Positions 13,401-24,029 of a DNA stretch of 64,000 nt are shown piece by piece. The position numbers and the translations under genes are program-made. The stretch comes from Octopus sinensis (lineage: Eukaryota). Numbering within the stretch: the stretch's first letter is position 1; every line of letters starts with the position of its first letter. The DNA lies in the NCBI RefSeq assembly GCF_006345805.1, contig NC_043007.1, positions 32,612,001 to 32,676,000 on the forward strand, written 5' to 3'. The notes below the pieces were generated by a model. The model ran no database searches, was not told the DNA's origin, and was given only the letters and a program-made list of their open reading frames with translations.

Positions 13401-15524
13401 CTCTACTGTCTGCTTTGGCATGGTTTCTATCTATGGCTGGATGCCCTTCCTAATGCCAAACACACCTGGAAGTTACAGACTGCACCTGCTGCTTACCATT
13501 GTGTCTATTTCCAACTAGGGAAACAGGGTCATCTGAGAGTTCCATGGCTTACTCATTGCACAGGGCAACGTTACTGATTGTTTACGAATTGTGTATCTTT
13601 CAATCAGTAAGACCAATTCCCCTGTATCGATTCTTGTCAGAGCGAGTTCTTTCTATCTAATTTAGTTTGATTTATAAGTAGGGACAGGTATGGCTGAGTG
13701 GTTAAGAAGCTTGCTCTGCAGCCATGTGGTTTTAGGTTCAGTCTCAATGCACAGCCCTTTGGGCAAAGGTCTTCTACTATTGCCTTTTACTTGTTACAGT
13801 CATTTGACTGCAGCCATGCTGGGGCACTGCCTCGAAGGGCTTTTATCAACTAAAACAGATTAACCCTAGTACTTTCAGTTTCCCTCTACCAAATCCACTC
13901 AAAGCCTGAGGCTATAGTTGAAGACACTTGCCTAAGGTGCCCTGCAGTGAGATAGAACCCAGAGCCAGGTGGTTGGGAAGTAAGCTTCTTACCACACAGC
14001 CACGCCTGTACACTTCCTTTTGTCTTTTGAAATTTAGATATTTTTTCACAAAATCTCAAACAATCATACTCTTATCCATCTTGTATTAAATTCAAAATGG
14101 TTTTCTCTTCTTTTGTGCAAATGTAGAGATTCTTCTTCACCTTTAAATGGTAAAGACTTATTCATACCTGACTCTTTCAGCAGAAATAACTTTGTTTCTT
14201 CCTAGATTTCAACAGCCATGTAACCATGGAGCAATGCAGTTTCCATCAATGTGTTCGCAAAGAAGAATTCAACACTTCCCGATGTCTTATACTCAATCCT
14301 CCCATTGGTGAGGTAATCATGTCTTTTCCTTATGTTTCTACATAAAATTTGCTTTCATCGAAAAAAATATTGTCTCGAGTCAAAAGTTTTGCAATATTTT
14401 AATAACTTGTTTGCTTTATTGATCGAGTTATAACAAAAACAGCCCAGCATTCCAAGTAGGGGCCATCTGAAGCCGCCTTCCTGCCGGCTCTTTGATCTCA
14501 TTCTGATACGATTTCTCGTCCTTTGAGGGTGAAGAACTCCTTTACTGAAGCTTCCTCTTGGTTGATGAAGTGTTGCAAGTGCATCTTGTCATCATCATCA
14601 TCCAGTGTTTTAAATCTGGGTTTTGTCCTCATTAACAGGGGTGGCTGGATCTACCTCAATGCCATAGCAACCAAGGTAGGCAGGTGCAGCCCACCCCAAC
14701 CTTTGGGCTGGCTGGTGCCCAATCTCCCTTGCTATCATGAGGCTTTTTTGGAGCTGGATTTTCTACGGGGAGCATCCCCTTGCTTACCCCCCACCTCAGT
14801 TTCTAGACAGGAGTGGTCCCAAGACCAAGGCATCTACCATGATTTTTAAGAAATGTGGTGGAAAACTAGCTCAGGAAGGTAGGGATGCTACTCTCTGAGA
14901 CCCCTTTCGGAGCCCCTCTACCTTATATATTTCTTTATTGTCCACAAGGGGCTAAACAAGGACAAAGGGAGTAAGTCGATTACATTGACCCCAGTGCGTA
15001 AATGGTACTTTATTTATCGACCCAGAAAGGATGAAAGGCAAAGTTGACCTTGGCGGAATTTGAACTCAGAACGTAACGGTAGACGAAATATCGCTAAGCA
15101 TTTTGCCCGGCGCGCTAACGTTTCTGCCAGCTCCCCTCTACCTTATATGCCATCAAATACATCTTTCAAAAGCAGTAACATTGATGTACTTGTAGATAAA
15201 TAATAAATATACTGGTAGATATTCTTGTAATATTGATGGACTTGTAGATTTCTGTCTGTTTTTTACAGTTTTCTGCTATGACGTACAGACTGGCATCGGA
15301 TCCTCCTCTAAAGCCGCCATTTAGATTACAAGTACAGGAAAAGGATTTTGACTCGCCGTAAGTATTTTGTGTTTCTTGGTGTGACACAGGTGCAGTTTTG
15401 GCTGTGTGGTCTTTGGCTCAATCTCACTGTGCAGCACCTTGTGAAAGTGTCTCTTCTGCTATAGCCCTGGGCCAACCAAAACCTTGTGAGCAGATTTTAT
15501 AGATGGAAACTGAAAGTTACCTGC

Positions 15525-15555
<31 letters not shown>

Positions 15556-18500
15556 TCTTTTTATTGTTTCAGTCATTTGACTGCGACCATGCTGGAGCAC
15601 TGCCTTTTGTCGACCAGACAGACCCCAGGACTTATTCTTTGTAAGCCTAGTACTTATTCTATCTGTCTCTTTTGTCGAACTGCTAAGTTATGGCGACAAA
15701 CACAGACACGCAAACATATATATATATATACGACGGGCTTCTTTCAGTTTCCGTCTGCCAAATCCACTCACAAGGCTTTGGTCGGTGCCCGAGGCTATAG
15801 TAAAAGACACTTGCCCAAGGTGCCACGCAGTGGGACTGAACCTGGAACCATGTGGTTAGTAAGCAAGCTACTTACCACACAACCAATCTTATATATATCT
15901 ATGTATGTGTGTGTGTGTCCCCGTGTACCCTTGCCTGGACATGATGGTTGTAAGGAGCATCATGTAAGCAATGTTGTTTGTTTCCTGTCTTCCAATGGAA
16001 ACACGTCTACCTATGAGAAAGCATTACCTTGCTTGAAAGCAGGTGAGGGTTGGTGACAGGAAGAACATCCTGCCCTAAAAAAATCTGCCTCAGTGACTTT
16101 GTCTGACCCACGTGAGCAGGGAAAAGTGGACATTAAATGATGGTGATGGTTATAATGATGACCAGATCAGTGGAGTAGCTTAGAATGACACTTCATTGCA
16201 ACCTTCACAAGTTTTCCCCTGTAAATCATATTTACCAGTTGCCATGGTTCCTTGTCATATCTTCTGTGTGAGGTTCAGATTATTGTTTGTTTGGAGAAAA
16301 TAAAAGGAAAGAAAGGCCGAATGGTTGGGGCCTCTGACTAACACTTCATTGTTTCCCCTTTTAATTTGTAGCTCCAGGGACACCTGTTTGTCACTCCAGT
16401 TACTTAGTCACATCCCAGAAAACACAGAAGCCGTAAATATTGTGTTAAGAATTCCTGTGCCGGGAACAGTTTCTGGGTGAGTAGCATTATTGTTGTGTTT
16501 AATATCCTTTCTATTGTAGGCACAAGGCCTGACACTTTTGGGGAGAGGGCTAGTTGATTATATCGACCCACAGTGCGTAACTGGTACTTATTTAATCGAC
16601 CCTGAAAGGATGAAAGGCAAAGTCGACCTTGGTGGAATTTGAACTCAGAACGTAACGGCAGATGAAATACCACTAAGCATTTTGCCCGGTGTGCTAATGA
16701 TTCTGCCAGCTCGTTACCTTAATATCACTTTGATACTTAATTGTGGAAGTACATGGTCTAGTGGTTAGGATGGTGGACTCATGGTCATAAGATTGTGGTT
16801 TCAATACCTGGACTGGACTGTGCATTGTGTTCTTGAGCAAAACTTCATTTCATATTGCTCCAGTCCACTCAGCTGTAAATGAGTAACCCTGTGACAGACT
16901 GGCGTCCTGTTTAAGGGGAATGTCGTGATCTTGATTACTCACACCCCATGGAAACTGGAGAACCAGTCCTGTGAGTCCCAGCACTTGAAACAGAATTTTA
17001 CATTTACTTTGCTCATATTTAATCTCTGTAATGTCATATTGTAGATTTGTTTCCCCCAAATGAAACTAGAAACAGAATTATATTTAGTGCCACAGTCCCT
17101 TCACTGCTGGGGGTCAGGACAGACAATTGTTGTGGTGATGATGATGATAGCTGTTGGACCAGAAGCACATGTCCACAACTGTCCTCTTATCTCCAAATAA
17201 TGAATCTGTCCTTTTCTTTAATGGCATGTCACCTTTGAAGAATTCTTGATTCTTGAGATTATTTCCCCTCCCTAGAACAAGTCAAGAATTTATGTTAGTA
17301 CACCTTCTTCCCAACTAGTGATCTCTCTCTCTCTATATATATATATACTATTGGAAGTTGCTCACAAGGTACTGGAATCTTATATGTATACCTTTCTGCC
17401 TAAATAATGGATCTACAAATGTCATATCCCTACATATCTTATGTCTATCTTCATTCTCTATTCCATATCTTATCTAAAATAACTATTGCTTAACCATTCT
17501 CTCACACCATCTCCAATGAAGGGATATATAAAATATCCCGGAAAAAGCTGTAAGACTTTCTATTCATAAATGTTCTGAAATCTTTCATAGCCTTGGATTT
17601 TTATCTCATTCTGAAAAAAAAATATATATATATATACATACACAGGTGAAAAAAGCATCAGAGATGTTTTGCTCCATGCAGAAACTACAAAAGGTATTCT
17701 AATGTTCTGAAAGCTTTTCTAAATCCATTGCAATGCTGGAAACCCTTCTGCATCATCAGCCGGTATCTCAGGGTCACAAGCATTTCACCCCTTAGCCTGT
17801 ACTGTTCGCCTGAGTGGGGCAGCAAAGACTGAGCTAGTCTTCACCTATGGAAAGGGTTCCACATTCCTATTATCAAAAGCTTTTTCTTGGTGATTGTAAA
17901 GATATAAGCATCTTTTGACACCAACCCCACGTCCCCTTGCAGGGTAATGACCCATGATGTATTATTGCCTTCAGCTGCCTGGAACTTCATCTTTGCCAAC
18001 ATCCACTAGAATCGTAATTTACATTGTACCATTTCTCAAAGACCAGTAATCTAATTGACAGAACAAGATCTCCGTGATAAACTGATGCCATTTCTTCTTC
18101 ACTGTTTTAACCAGTGTTAGATATGATAAGCAATTGGAAACTACAACATGAGCCATTCCTTTTTGTAGTGGTGGGCACAGCAGTTTCTGATTCTTCTGAA
18201 TAGACCTCATGGTGGTAAACTGTAAAGTTTTTATTGAGTTCAGAAAAATCACATCTCACTTTTTTTAAAATGCACGCTACTTTTTTCTACGTTCAAGGGC
18301 TCAAGCCAGTGAGGGACCTCTACATAGTTTTTTGACCTGTTAGAAATAGCAGCAAAAGTTTCCCTCAAACCACACCTACTATCTTAGTTACCTAAGCCCT
18401 TTACTCCCTAAGGAGTGACAACTTTCCCCCACTGTTCTTGGCTGCGGGGCCACTCCCTCAGTATGGCATGGGGCCACCCATATAAATTTCCCCAAGGGAA

Positions 18501-19816
18501 GGCCTTCCTCTCCTAGACCTTGTTGGTTTTGAATTCTCATCGATATCTCTGTAACTTTGCTTTTTTCTAGGAAGGTGTGTCAGGCCAATGCAAACCCATT
18601 TTCACTGACAAAAAATGATTAATTAATTTCTTTTGAATGGTTTTTATTTTTAGACTTGTTACCAATTCCGATGTTTTTAATCCTAATCCTTGTTTTTTCC
18701 TTCTTCAACTTATTCCAGGATTAGCCAACAGCTAATTGGACCTGATCAAACTATAGAGTTAAAAGCCTCTAATAAACAAATTGTATGGAATATAAAAAAG
18801 TTTCCTGGTGGTTCTCATTTAAATGCCAATCTCAGAGTAAGTTTTGTATTTTTTGTTTTGCTTTCCTTAAGTAGCTGACAGTTATTTCTCTCATTTTAAA
18901 CAATTATTACCTTTATGTTGTTGTGCAATCGACATCCAGAATTCAGAATAGTGTAAAGAATGGTTGCTGTTGTCCAAGGATTTGATACATTTTTTTTAAA
19001 GATTAAAAGACTCTTCATCGCCGTTTAATGTCCATTTTTCCTTGCTTGCATGGGTCGAATGGAGTTTATTGAAGCAGATATTTTACAGCTGGATGCTCTT
19101 CCTGTTTCCAAGCACAGTAATATTTCCCCATTGCCAGATATATTTTCGCAGAATATTGGAAATGGATAATAGAAAATTACTATTTTTAAATCTCACAACG
19201 AGAAATATTCAGCAACAGTACTTTGGAGTAATGGCAGTCCTCAAAGTTATAAGGACACAGATCGTGTTGTATAGCCAGCTGGAGACAATGTCTCATGGGG
19301 CTAAATTACAGCAACATTCGTCCTAAACCAGGACTGCCATGTTATGTTGGCAAACAATCTTTACTCCAATGGATAACTATGGAATGTCACGACAAGGAGA
19401 CACAAACACATATATTCAGTTTCCATCAACCAAATCCACTCACAAAGCTTTGGTCAGCCCAAGGCTATTGTAGAAGATACTTGCCTAAGGTACCATGCAA
19501 TGGGACTGAACCTGGAACCATGTGGTTGGTAAGCAAGCTACTTACCACACAGCCACTCCTGTGCCTATATAGTGACTTTATAAAAACCCATCCAACTGCT
19601 TTTTTCTCTCTTTTGTTTCAGTTGATCAGCAACAGTGGTGTGAAAACTCGTTTGAAAGACATCGGACACATTGTCATGGAATTTGAAGCATCAGGTTACA
19701 CTTGCTCCGGCATCCAGATTCGTTATTTGCGTGTTTTTGACCGAGACCAAGCTTATGTGCCATACCGCTGGATTCGATACATAACAGTCAGCGATTCATA
19801 TGTTTTTAAACTGTAA
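79..19816 (+). CDS. AP4M1: AP-4 complex subunit mu-1, spliced gene, 5'-partial; join(79..164,1608..1714,2888..2984,3503..3616,6064..6135,10170..10235,12512..12635,14206..14312,15269..15357,16372..16476,18719..18836,19622..19816)
   Basis: Twelve AG/GT-bounded exons splice in consistent phase (1280 nt, entering in phase 1, ending TAA). Translation has adaptin-mu motifs: HIKRNGLFIMAVT, ICKDFCGVVSEDAIRANVLLIYEILNEILEFGYIQ, RKNEIFVDVIE, SFLSGNPVIKLAVNEDL, FHQCV..PPIGEF, MEFEASGYTCSGIQIRYLRV, YRWIRYIT. Exon sizes/phases (107, 97, 107) match the human AP4M1 exons as I recall them, favouring mu4 over mu1-3. Confidence 0.93.
1608..1714 (+). CDS. AP4M1: AP4M1 exon 3 (KEDDVTFCHIKRNGLFIMAVTTCNMSPIFLVEFLTR)
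   Basis: ttttAG acceptor, GTTAGA donor, 107 nt, longin-domain motif. Confidence 0.92.
2888..2984 (+). CDS. AP4M1: AP4M1 exon 4 (FFLICKDFCGVVSEDAIRANVLLIYEILNEIL)
   Basis: ttgctAG acceptor, GTAAGT donor, 97 nt. Confidence 0.95.
3503..3616 (+). CDS. AP4M1: AP4M1 exon 5 (EFGYIQLATTDKIKPYIQSDPVLVLANRSPAEEIASRL)
   Basis: tttattAG acceptor, GTAAGA donor, 114 nt. Confidence 0.93.
3733..3936. mobile_element. piggyBac-like MITE
   Basis: TTAA|CCCTTTT ... AAAAGGG|TTTA termini. Confidence 0.6.
4069..4721. mobile_element. piggyBac-like MITE interrupted by a family A SINE
   Basis: TTAA|CCCTTTAGC ... GCTAAAGGG|TTAA; same family as 40034-40252 in opposite orientation. Confidence 0.75.
4148..4574 (+). mobile_element. 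tRNA-derived SINE family A (about 430 bp), full length
   Basis: head ggcgtaggagtggctgtgtggtaag..gggttcagtcccactg, internal (TA)n/(TG)n, tail aaatgactgaaac..aaagagtaaaagag; many copies in the window. Confidence 0.85.
5190..5390 (+). mobile_element. degenerate CR1/L2-type LINE 3' relic
   Basis: frame reads KRLKPQHSALYFCFRNVTIWNSL then QTFKLNF, resembling the CR1 RT C-terminal F..R....WNSLP motif. Confidence 0.5.
6064..6135 (+). CDS. AP4M1: AP4M1 exon 6 (FGIETRVAPSSASSKPVVRTAVEQ)
   Basis: gtttcAG acceptor, GTAAAT donor, 72 nt, APSSA..KP linker motif of mu4. Confidence 0.9.
7297..8121. mobile_element. foldback/MULE-like MITE with long TIRs built from about 15-bp subrepeats
   Basis: 7318-7436 is an imperfect reverse complement of 8020-8110 (e.g. 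ggaaattttgc.gcaagacaatttcacca); TACTAACC direct repeat at 7289-7296 and 8122-8129. Confidence 0.65.
7569..7927 (+). mobile_element. Helitron-like non-autonomous element nested in the foldback MITE
   Basis: A|TCTATTATATAAAA..(gtct)n head; ends ..gggggtttgCTCG|T (variant of CTAG); no TSD. Confidence 0.5.
8245..8598 (+). mobile_element. tRNA-headed, hammerhead-containing SINE/retrozyme-like element (family D), copy A
   Basis: 13-bp TSD CAGTGTTGTCTTA (8232-8244, 8599-8611); A-box TGGTGTAGTGG 8316-8326; B-box GAGTTCGATTCC 8359-8370; HHR; (AATGTAAAT)n end; inverted tail copy 8245-8291. Confidence 0.8.
8493..8538 (+). ncRNA. minimal type-I hammerhead ribozyme motif
   Basis: GACAC-CUGAUGA-A-GGCUG(GAGGGUAUAU)CAGCC-GAAA-CG-UU^GUGUU: stem I GACAC/GUGUU, stem II GGCUG/CAGCC, palindromic AACGUU stem III, conserved CUGANGA/GAAA core; activity untested. 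Confidence 0.7.
9521..9892 (+). mobile_element. Helentron/HINE (DINE-1-like) non-autonomous element
   Basis: subterminal inverted motif acctccacc..ggcagaagt, (gtct)n near the 5' end, 3' hairpin gtgctctctgagtgc; second copy at 23390-23705 on -. Confidence 0.65.
10170..10235 (+). CDS. AP4M1: AP4M1 exon 7 (ENRKNEIFVDVIEKMIVVITND)
   Basis: tttgcAG acceptor, GTAAGC donor, start of mu-homology domain. Confidence 0.95.
11190..11670 (-). mobile_element. RTE-tailed SINE-like family C with internal about 62-66 bp tandem units
   Basis: tail (minus) ..acccatgccagcatggaaagcagatgttaaacgacga; tandem units ..gtgccactggcac..gaccacgctc. Confidence 0.75.
11752..11959. mobile_element. piggyBac-like MITE
   Basis: TTAA|CCCTTT ... 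AAAGGG|TTAA, 208 bp. Confidence 0.75.
12512..12635 (+). CDS. AP4M1: AP4M1 exon 8 (GLVSRMDVTGNINVKSFLSGNPVIKLAVNEDLTLAEQGKPK)
   Basis: ttttcAG acceptor, GTAAAA donor, 124 nt. Confidence 0.95.
12962..13314 (-). mobile_element. SINE family A with internal tandem duplication
   Basis: reverse complement of 4148-4574; segment ctaagtgacggggacaaacatacatg..atgtctaccaaatccact repeated twice (about 13087-13200). Confidence 0.85.
14206..14312 (+). CDS. AP4M1: AP4M1 exon 9 (DFNSHVTMEQCSFHQCVRKEEFNTSRCLILNPPIGE)
   Basis: ttcctAG acceptor, GTAATC donor, 107 nt, FHxCV and PPxGE motifs. Confidence 0.95.
14370..14590 (-). mobile_element. mariner transposon 3' relic
   Basis: minus strand HFINQEEASVKEFFTLK then (frameshift) YQNEIKEPAGR, like the mariner transposase C-terminus; TA + TIR-like ttgtctcgagtcaaaagttttgc at 14368-14392. 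Confidence 0.65.
15269..15357 (+). CDS. AP4M1: AP4M1 exon 10 (FSAMTYRLASDPPLKPPFRLQVQEKDFDSP)
   Basis: ttttacAG acceptor, GTAAGT donor, 89 nt. Confidence 0.92.
16372..16476 (+). CDS. AP4M1: AP4M1 exon 11 (SRDTCLSLQLLSHIPENTEAVNIVLRIPVPGTVSG)
   Basis: tttgtAG acceptor, GTGAGT donor, 105 nt, phase 2 to 2 bridging exons 10 and 12; A.NI.LRIPVP motif. Confidence 0.88.
16755..16985 (+). mobile_element. tRNA-derived SINE family E
   Basis: tggtctagtggttaggatggtggactc head; gttcttgagcaaaac..ctccagtccactcagctg core; related copies at about 22950-23275, 28965-29240, 60800-61045 and 62665-63002 (all -). Confidence 0.7.
18719..18836 (+). CDS. AP4M1: AP4M1 exon 12 (ISQQLIGPDQTIELKASNKQIVWNIKKFPGGSHLNANLR)
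   Basis: ttccAG acceptor, GTAAGT donor, 118 nt, W.IKKFPGG motif. Confidence 0.94.
19622..19816 (+). CDS. AP4M1: AP4M1 terminal coding exon (LISNSGVKTRLKDIGHIVMEFEASGYTCSGIQIRYLRVFDRDQAYVPYRWIRYITVSDSYVFKL*)
   Basis: long pyrimidine tract + cAG, 65 codons ending TAA, C-terminal mu motifs. Confidence 0.96.
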   Translation: MISNSGVKTRLKDIGHIVMEFEASGYTCSGIQIRYLRVFDRDQAYVPYRWIRYITVSDSYVFKL

Positions 19817-20043
19817 TTGTTGTGGGTCACCGACGCAGATATTTATTTCCTCCGAAAGTTTACCTGGATTTTAAGAGATGAACAATTACACCTTCATTGT
19901 CTTTCATCGATGCAAGATTTCTTTTAGATTATTGCTCCCTTAGCAATGGTTTAAGTTGCCACTTTTCTTTTGTTTTTATTTGTAATGCCGTCTACCATGG
20001 TTCATTGAGAAGGTCGACGCTTCTTACTTGCAATGTCCACAAA

Positions 20044-20054
20044 ATTAAAATAAA
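20044..20054 (+). promoter_or_regulatory. probable AP4M1 polyadenylation signal (overlapping ATTAAA / AATAAA)
   Basis: ATTAAA 20044-20049 and AATAAA 20049-20054, about 230 nt after the stop, followed by a T-rich stretch; no transcript evidence. Confidence 0.55.
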
Positions 20055-20790
20055 TTTTGCTTTTACTCTGTAAGGCCTAGCTACGGTTAAAGGAAATTTT
20101 GTCAGCAGGAATCTAAGTAATTAAGTCTAAGACTTCAGTAATGCAACACCAGTGCTATTAATTAATGAATAATGGTAAGGCGGCAATCTGGCTGAATTGT
20201 TAGCATGCTGGGCAAAATGCTTTGCAACATTTTGTCAGTCTTAACGTTCTGAGTTCAAATTCCACTGAGGTTGACTTTGCCTTTCATCCTTTCGAGGTTG
20301 ACAACACAAGTACCAGTTATGCACTGGGGTCGATGTAATCAACTTATCACCTTCCCAGAATTGCTGGCCTTGTGCCAAAATTTGAAATCAATAATTAATG
20401 AATAACAGTGACTATCTTTAGAGAATCGAAGACCCAAAGTTCTAAAAATTGCCCTTCCTCATTAGGACCAGAAAATACACCAGAGCTGGATATTTGTTGA
20501 TTCTCTACAAAGCTCAAGTGAGACCCATAATGAAATAAATATTGCTCCCACGTTTGTAATGGTGTTGTTATTACACCCCAAAAGAACCAAGGTTGTATCC
20601 ATAAAAAAGGCCACCTGTCTGATGATTTCAGTTCAAGCATGAGTTCACTCGTTTCTATTGCTTCAACAATCATTTCAATTCTTCAGAATTGGTTAATTGC
20701 ATATCACCTCCTGTCACTCGTTCTGTCTTGCGTGGACCATTTTCCCCAATCCTTTGTATTTCTCTTCCAACTGGAGTTGATCGACAGGGA

Positions 20791-21245
20791 TTTAACCCTT
20801 TAGCATTTAAACTGACCATAACCGGCCCAAATATTCTGCTTGTTTTATATTTAAACCAGCTAAAACTGGCCTCTCACACTTATCCTACAATGTCATTCAA
20901 AAACAAAATATAATCCCATCATTGAAATCTCGAGGCTATGAGATTAGGCTGGATTAATTCAAAACAAATGTGAATAAGTAAACATTACATTTGACAAAGT
21001 AATCTGAACGCTAAAGAATTAAGCTGACCATCACTGATGTTGAACCCTTTAGCATTTGAACTGACCATAACCGGCCCAAATATTCTGCCTGTTTTATGTT
21101 TAAACCAGCCTCTCACATCTGCCCTTCATTGTCCTTCAGAAAAATGTATAATCACATTGCTGAAATCTCAAAGTTATGAGGTTTTGCCGGACAATGTGGA
21201 TAAAACGGCTTTACATCAGATGAACTAGTCTGAATGCTAAAGGCT
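20791..21245. mobile_element. two tandem piggyBac-like MITEs
   Basis: two about 220-bp units, each starting aaccctttagcattt(a/g)aactgaccataaccggcccaaatattctg and ending ctgaa(c/t)gctaaag. Confidence 0.7.
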
Positions 21246-23389
21246 GAAGCTGACCATCAACCACATCTGTCTCAGAGCAGTTTTGAGGATCTTAGCCACT
21301 GTCCCTTCCTCTCAACAGAAACCATAAACAACAGTTTGAAAAGTTATATAATATTATTTAGTATAACAAGTATTTTAAAAGTATTGTCTTCAAAATACTA
21401 TTTTCTGGTCATTCGGTCATTCAATAATATAACAAGAAGAAATGATGTCTTAAATGTAATTATGTTAATAATAATAATTTATGGATATTATTGCAAGGTG
21501 TTTAAATTGTTAAACAGTTTCTTTTATATCAGAAACTAAACATATTTCTGAATTCTACAGAAACAAATGAAATAAAGATATATTTTAACAAAGATTTTTT
21601 TTGTATGTGATTCATTAAACTTTTCTTCTTCATCACCATTTAACATCCGTTTTCCATGCTGTTGAGCCAAAGGATTGTGTCAGGGTTTCTATGGTCGGAT
21701 GCCCTTCCTAACACTAACCAATTCACAGAATGTGCCGGGTGCTTTTATGTAGCACGAATATGGTCACCAGGTAAGTTGCACGACAAAGACCCCTCAACTG
21801 AGGTGGGGAGTAAGTATTGAGGGAGGCGCCTTTATGTCAGGTAACAAGAGTTAAAGTTATGATAGGAAGACAGAAACAGGTGTCTTGATGGAGAGGGGGT
21901 ACATGATTTACCTCAGTTACCTACAAAGTAATGTACAATACAGACAAGAAGACGAAATTTTTTTTAGCGCAGAGTTGCTGTTAGAACAGCGGAAACACTC
22001 TCTCGCTTTTACTTGTTTCAATCATTTGACTGTGGCCATGCTGGAGCATCGTCTTTAGTTGAGCAAATTGACCCCAGGACTTATTCTATCGGTCTCTTTT
22101 GCCGAACCGTTAAGTTCCGGGGACGTAAACACAGACACACAAACATATACACACACATATATATACATATATATGTTGGGCTTCTTTCAGTTTCCGTCAA
22201 CCAAATCCACTCACAAGGCTTTGGTCGGCCCAAGGCTATAGTAGAAGACACTTCCCCAAGGTGCCATGCAATGGGAACGAACCTGGAACCATGTGGTTGG
22301 TAAGCAAGCTACTTCCCACACAGCCACTCAGGCAGAATGAAAGAAAATGTCGACCCCAGTGCAATTTGAACTCATAACCTAACTAAACACAGTAAAGTAT
22401 TTTGTCTGAAGTGCTCACAATTCTACACAAAAACCCGAAGAGAATCAATTTCATTGCCAGAATGTCTTTGCCAATAACTTGGTGTTTTATTACTGAAAAT
22501 CTCTCAGCAATAAAACTAAAATTCATTTTAAACATACAAATGCATTTTTATATAACTAAATTAATAAGTTCTCCAGTAATTGTACTTAAACATTTCTTGA
22601 TTAGCTTTCCAGTTAAGAATGTGACTGGCTGCGTAAAACCAGATAAAAACCAATGTTTCGTAAAGCTACCAGTTCTGTTAATAGCACCTCTTTGCCAATA
22701 ATTTGTTGTTACTTTCAATCAAGGAACAAATTAATTCTCCTGCTGTACGGTGTCTTGCAATAAATGTTTACAACCATAATCGTTTTAACGTCCGTTTTTC
22801 TGTGCTGGCATGGGTTGGACAAAATTTACTGAGGTAGCTTTTCTACAGCTGGATGCTGTTCCTGTTGCCAAACCTCACTGAGTTCCATCTGACCCATGCA
22901 AGCAGGGAAAAATGGACATGAAATGATGGTAAGAATTGCTAAAAAGGCACTCTGTTGGTTATAAAGATAAGGATTCCAGTCGATTTGATTAATGGAACAG
23001 CCTGCTCATGAAATTAGCATTAGCGTGCAAGTGGCTGAGTACTCCACAGACATGTGTACCCTTAACGTAGATCTGAGGGAGATCCAGCATGGCACAGAAT
23101 GTGATGAGGCTGACCCTTTGAAATACAGGTACAACTGATTTTAGCCAGCTGAGTGGGCTGGAGTAATGTGAAATAAAGTGTCTTGCTCAAGGACACCGGG
23201 AATTGAACTCACAACCTTGCAATTGCAAACTGAATGCTCTAACCACTAAGCCACATGGCTTCATGATAAGAACCGCTGTATTGTATTCATTCCACACTTT
23301 TTAAATGGAACAATAAATGTTATGCACAGGCATATAATCAATGTCTATTCGGGCATCAGTGAGAATGGCAATGATGATGATGATGATGG

Positions 23390-23705
23390 AGAGCGCAAAC
23401 CTCTGCCAAGGCAACACCAACGTCTGCTCAGCGATTAGCCAGAGATTATCTTTAAAAATGAGAATACTAAAAATGAATCTGACTGCTCTCAAAAATTATG
23501 TAAAAAAACAGGAAAAAATATTCAGAATCCTTGTCCAGTACCGGATTGATCCCAAAATCTAATCAGCTCTTGCCAGTCACAAGGCCAAACATCCCTGAAA
23601 GTTTCATTTGAATCCATCCAGCAGTTCTTGAGATATCTTGTCCAGACAAACAAACAAACACGACTGAAAACAATACCACTGCCTTAGCAAAGGTGGAGAT
23701 AGTAA
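23390..23705 (-). mobile_element. Helentron/HINE-like element, second copy
   Basis: reverse-complement similarity to 9521-9892 over about 300 bp. Confidence 0.65.
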
Positions 23706-24029
23706 TAATAATAATAAATGCCCTGATGCAGTCCCAGGCAGTGGCTTTCGTGGCTTCTGATCTCAGCTGATTGGAAGTGTTATCATGTACATTGTTATGT
23801 CTTGGTATAAAAGATGGGCTACAGCAAATATTCTGTTTAGTACCACAGATTTGCTTGTCAGTTGTTTGACCGTAACCAGTTGAGCATGTCCCTTAGTGGC
23901 TGATGATATGTGCATCTCTGATCACAAGAAGAAGTAGTGGGGGAGCATCATAGCCACGTGTTGAGAGGGATTCTTTGGGGTTTGAATAATTCACCTATGG
24001 AAACATGGGTATTTTGTTCAACATCCTTA

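Noticed and set aside
15577-16056. Recurrent ORFs containing [24 protein letters not shown] and similar (also 4134-4448, 41571-42118, 44379-44723 and others)
   Set aside because: They are antisense translations of SINE family A; the shared peptide reflects repeat identity, not a protein family.
17690-17760. DLEK/AF-like RT motif on the minus strand
   Set aside because: It needs a frameshift, and the surrounding frames show no other RT motifs in order.
19295-19816. 173-aa ORF as a standalone gene
   Set aside because: Only 19622-19816 is the AP4M1 terminal exon; the upstream part reads through intron and SINE sequence.
20400-20480. Possible second hammerhead/Penelope relic on the minus strand (CTAATGA-GGAAG...CTTC-GATT)
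   Set aside because: The core lacks CUGA and GAAA and there is no stem I; too degenerate to call.
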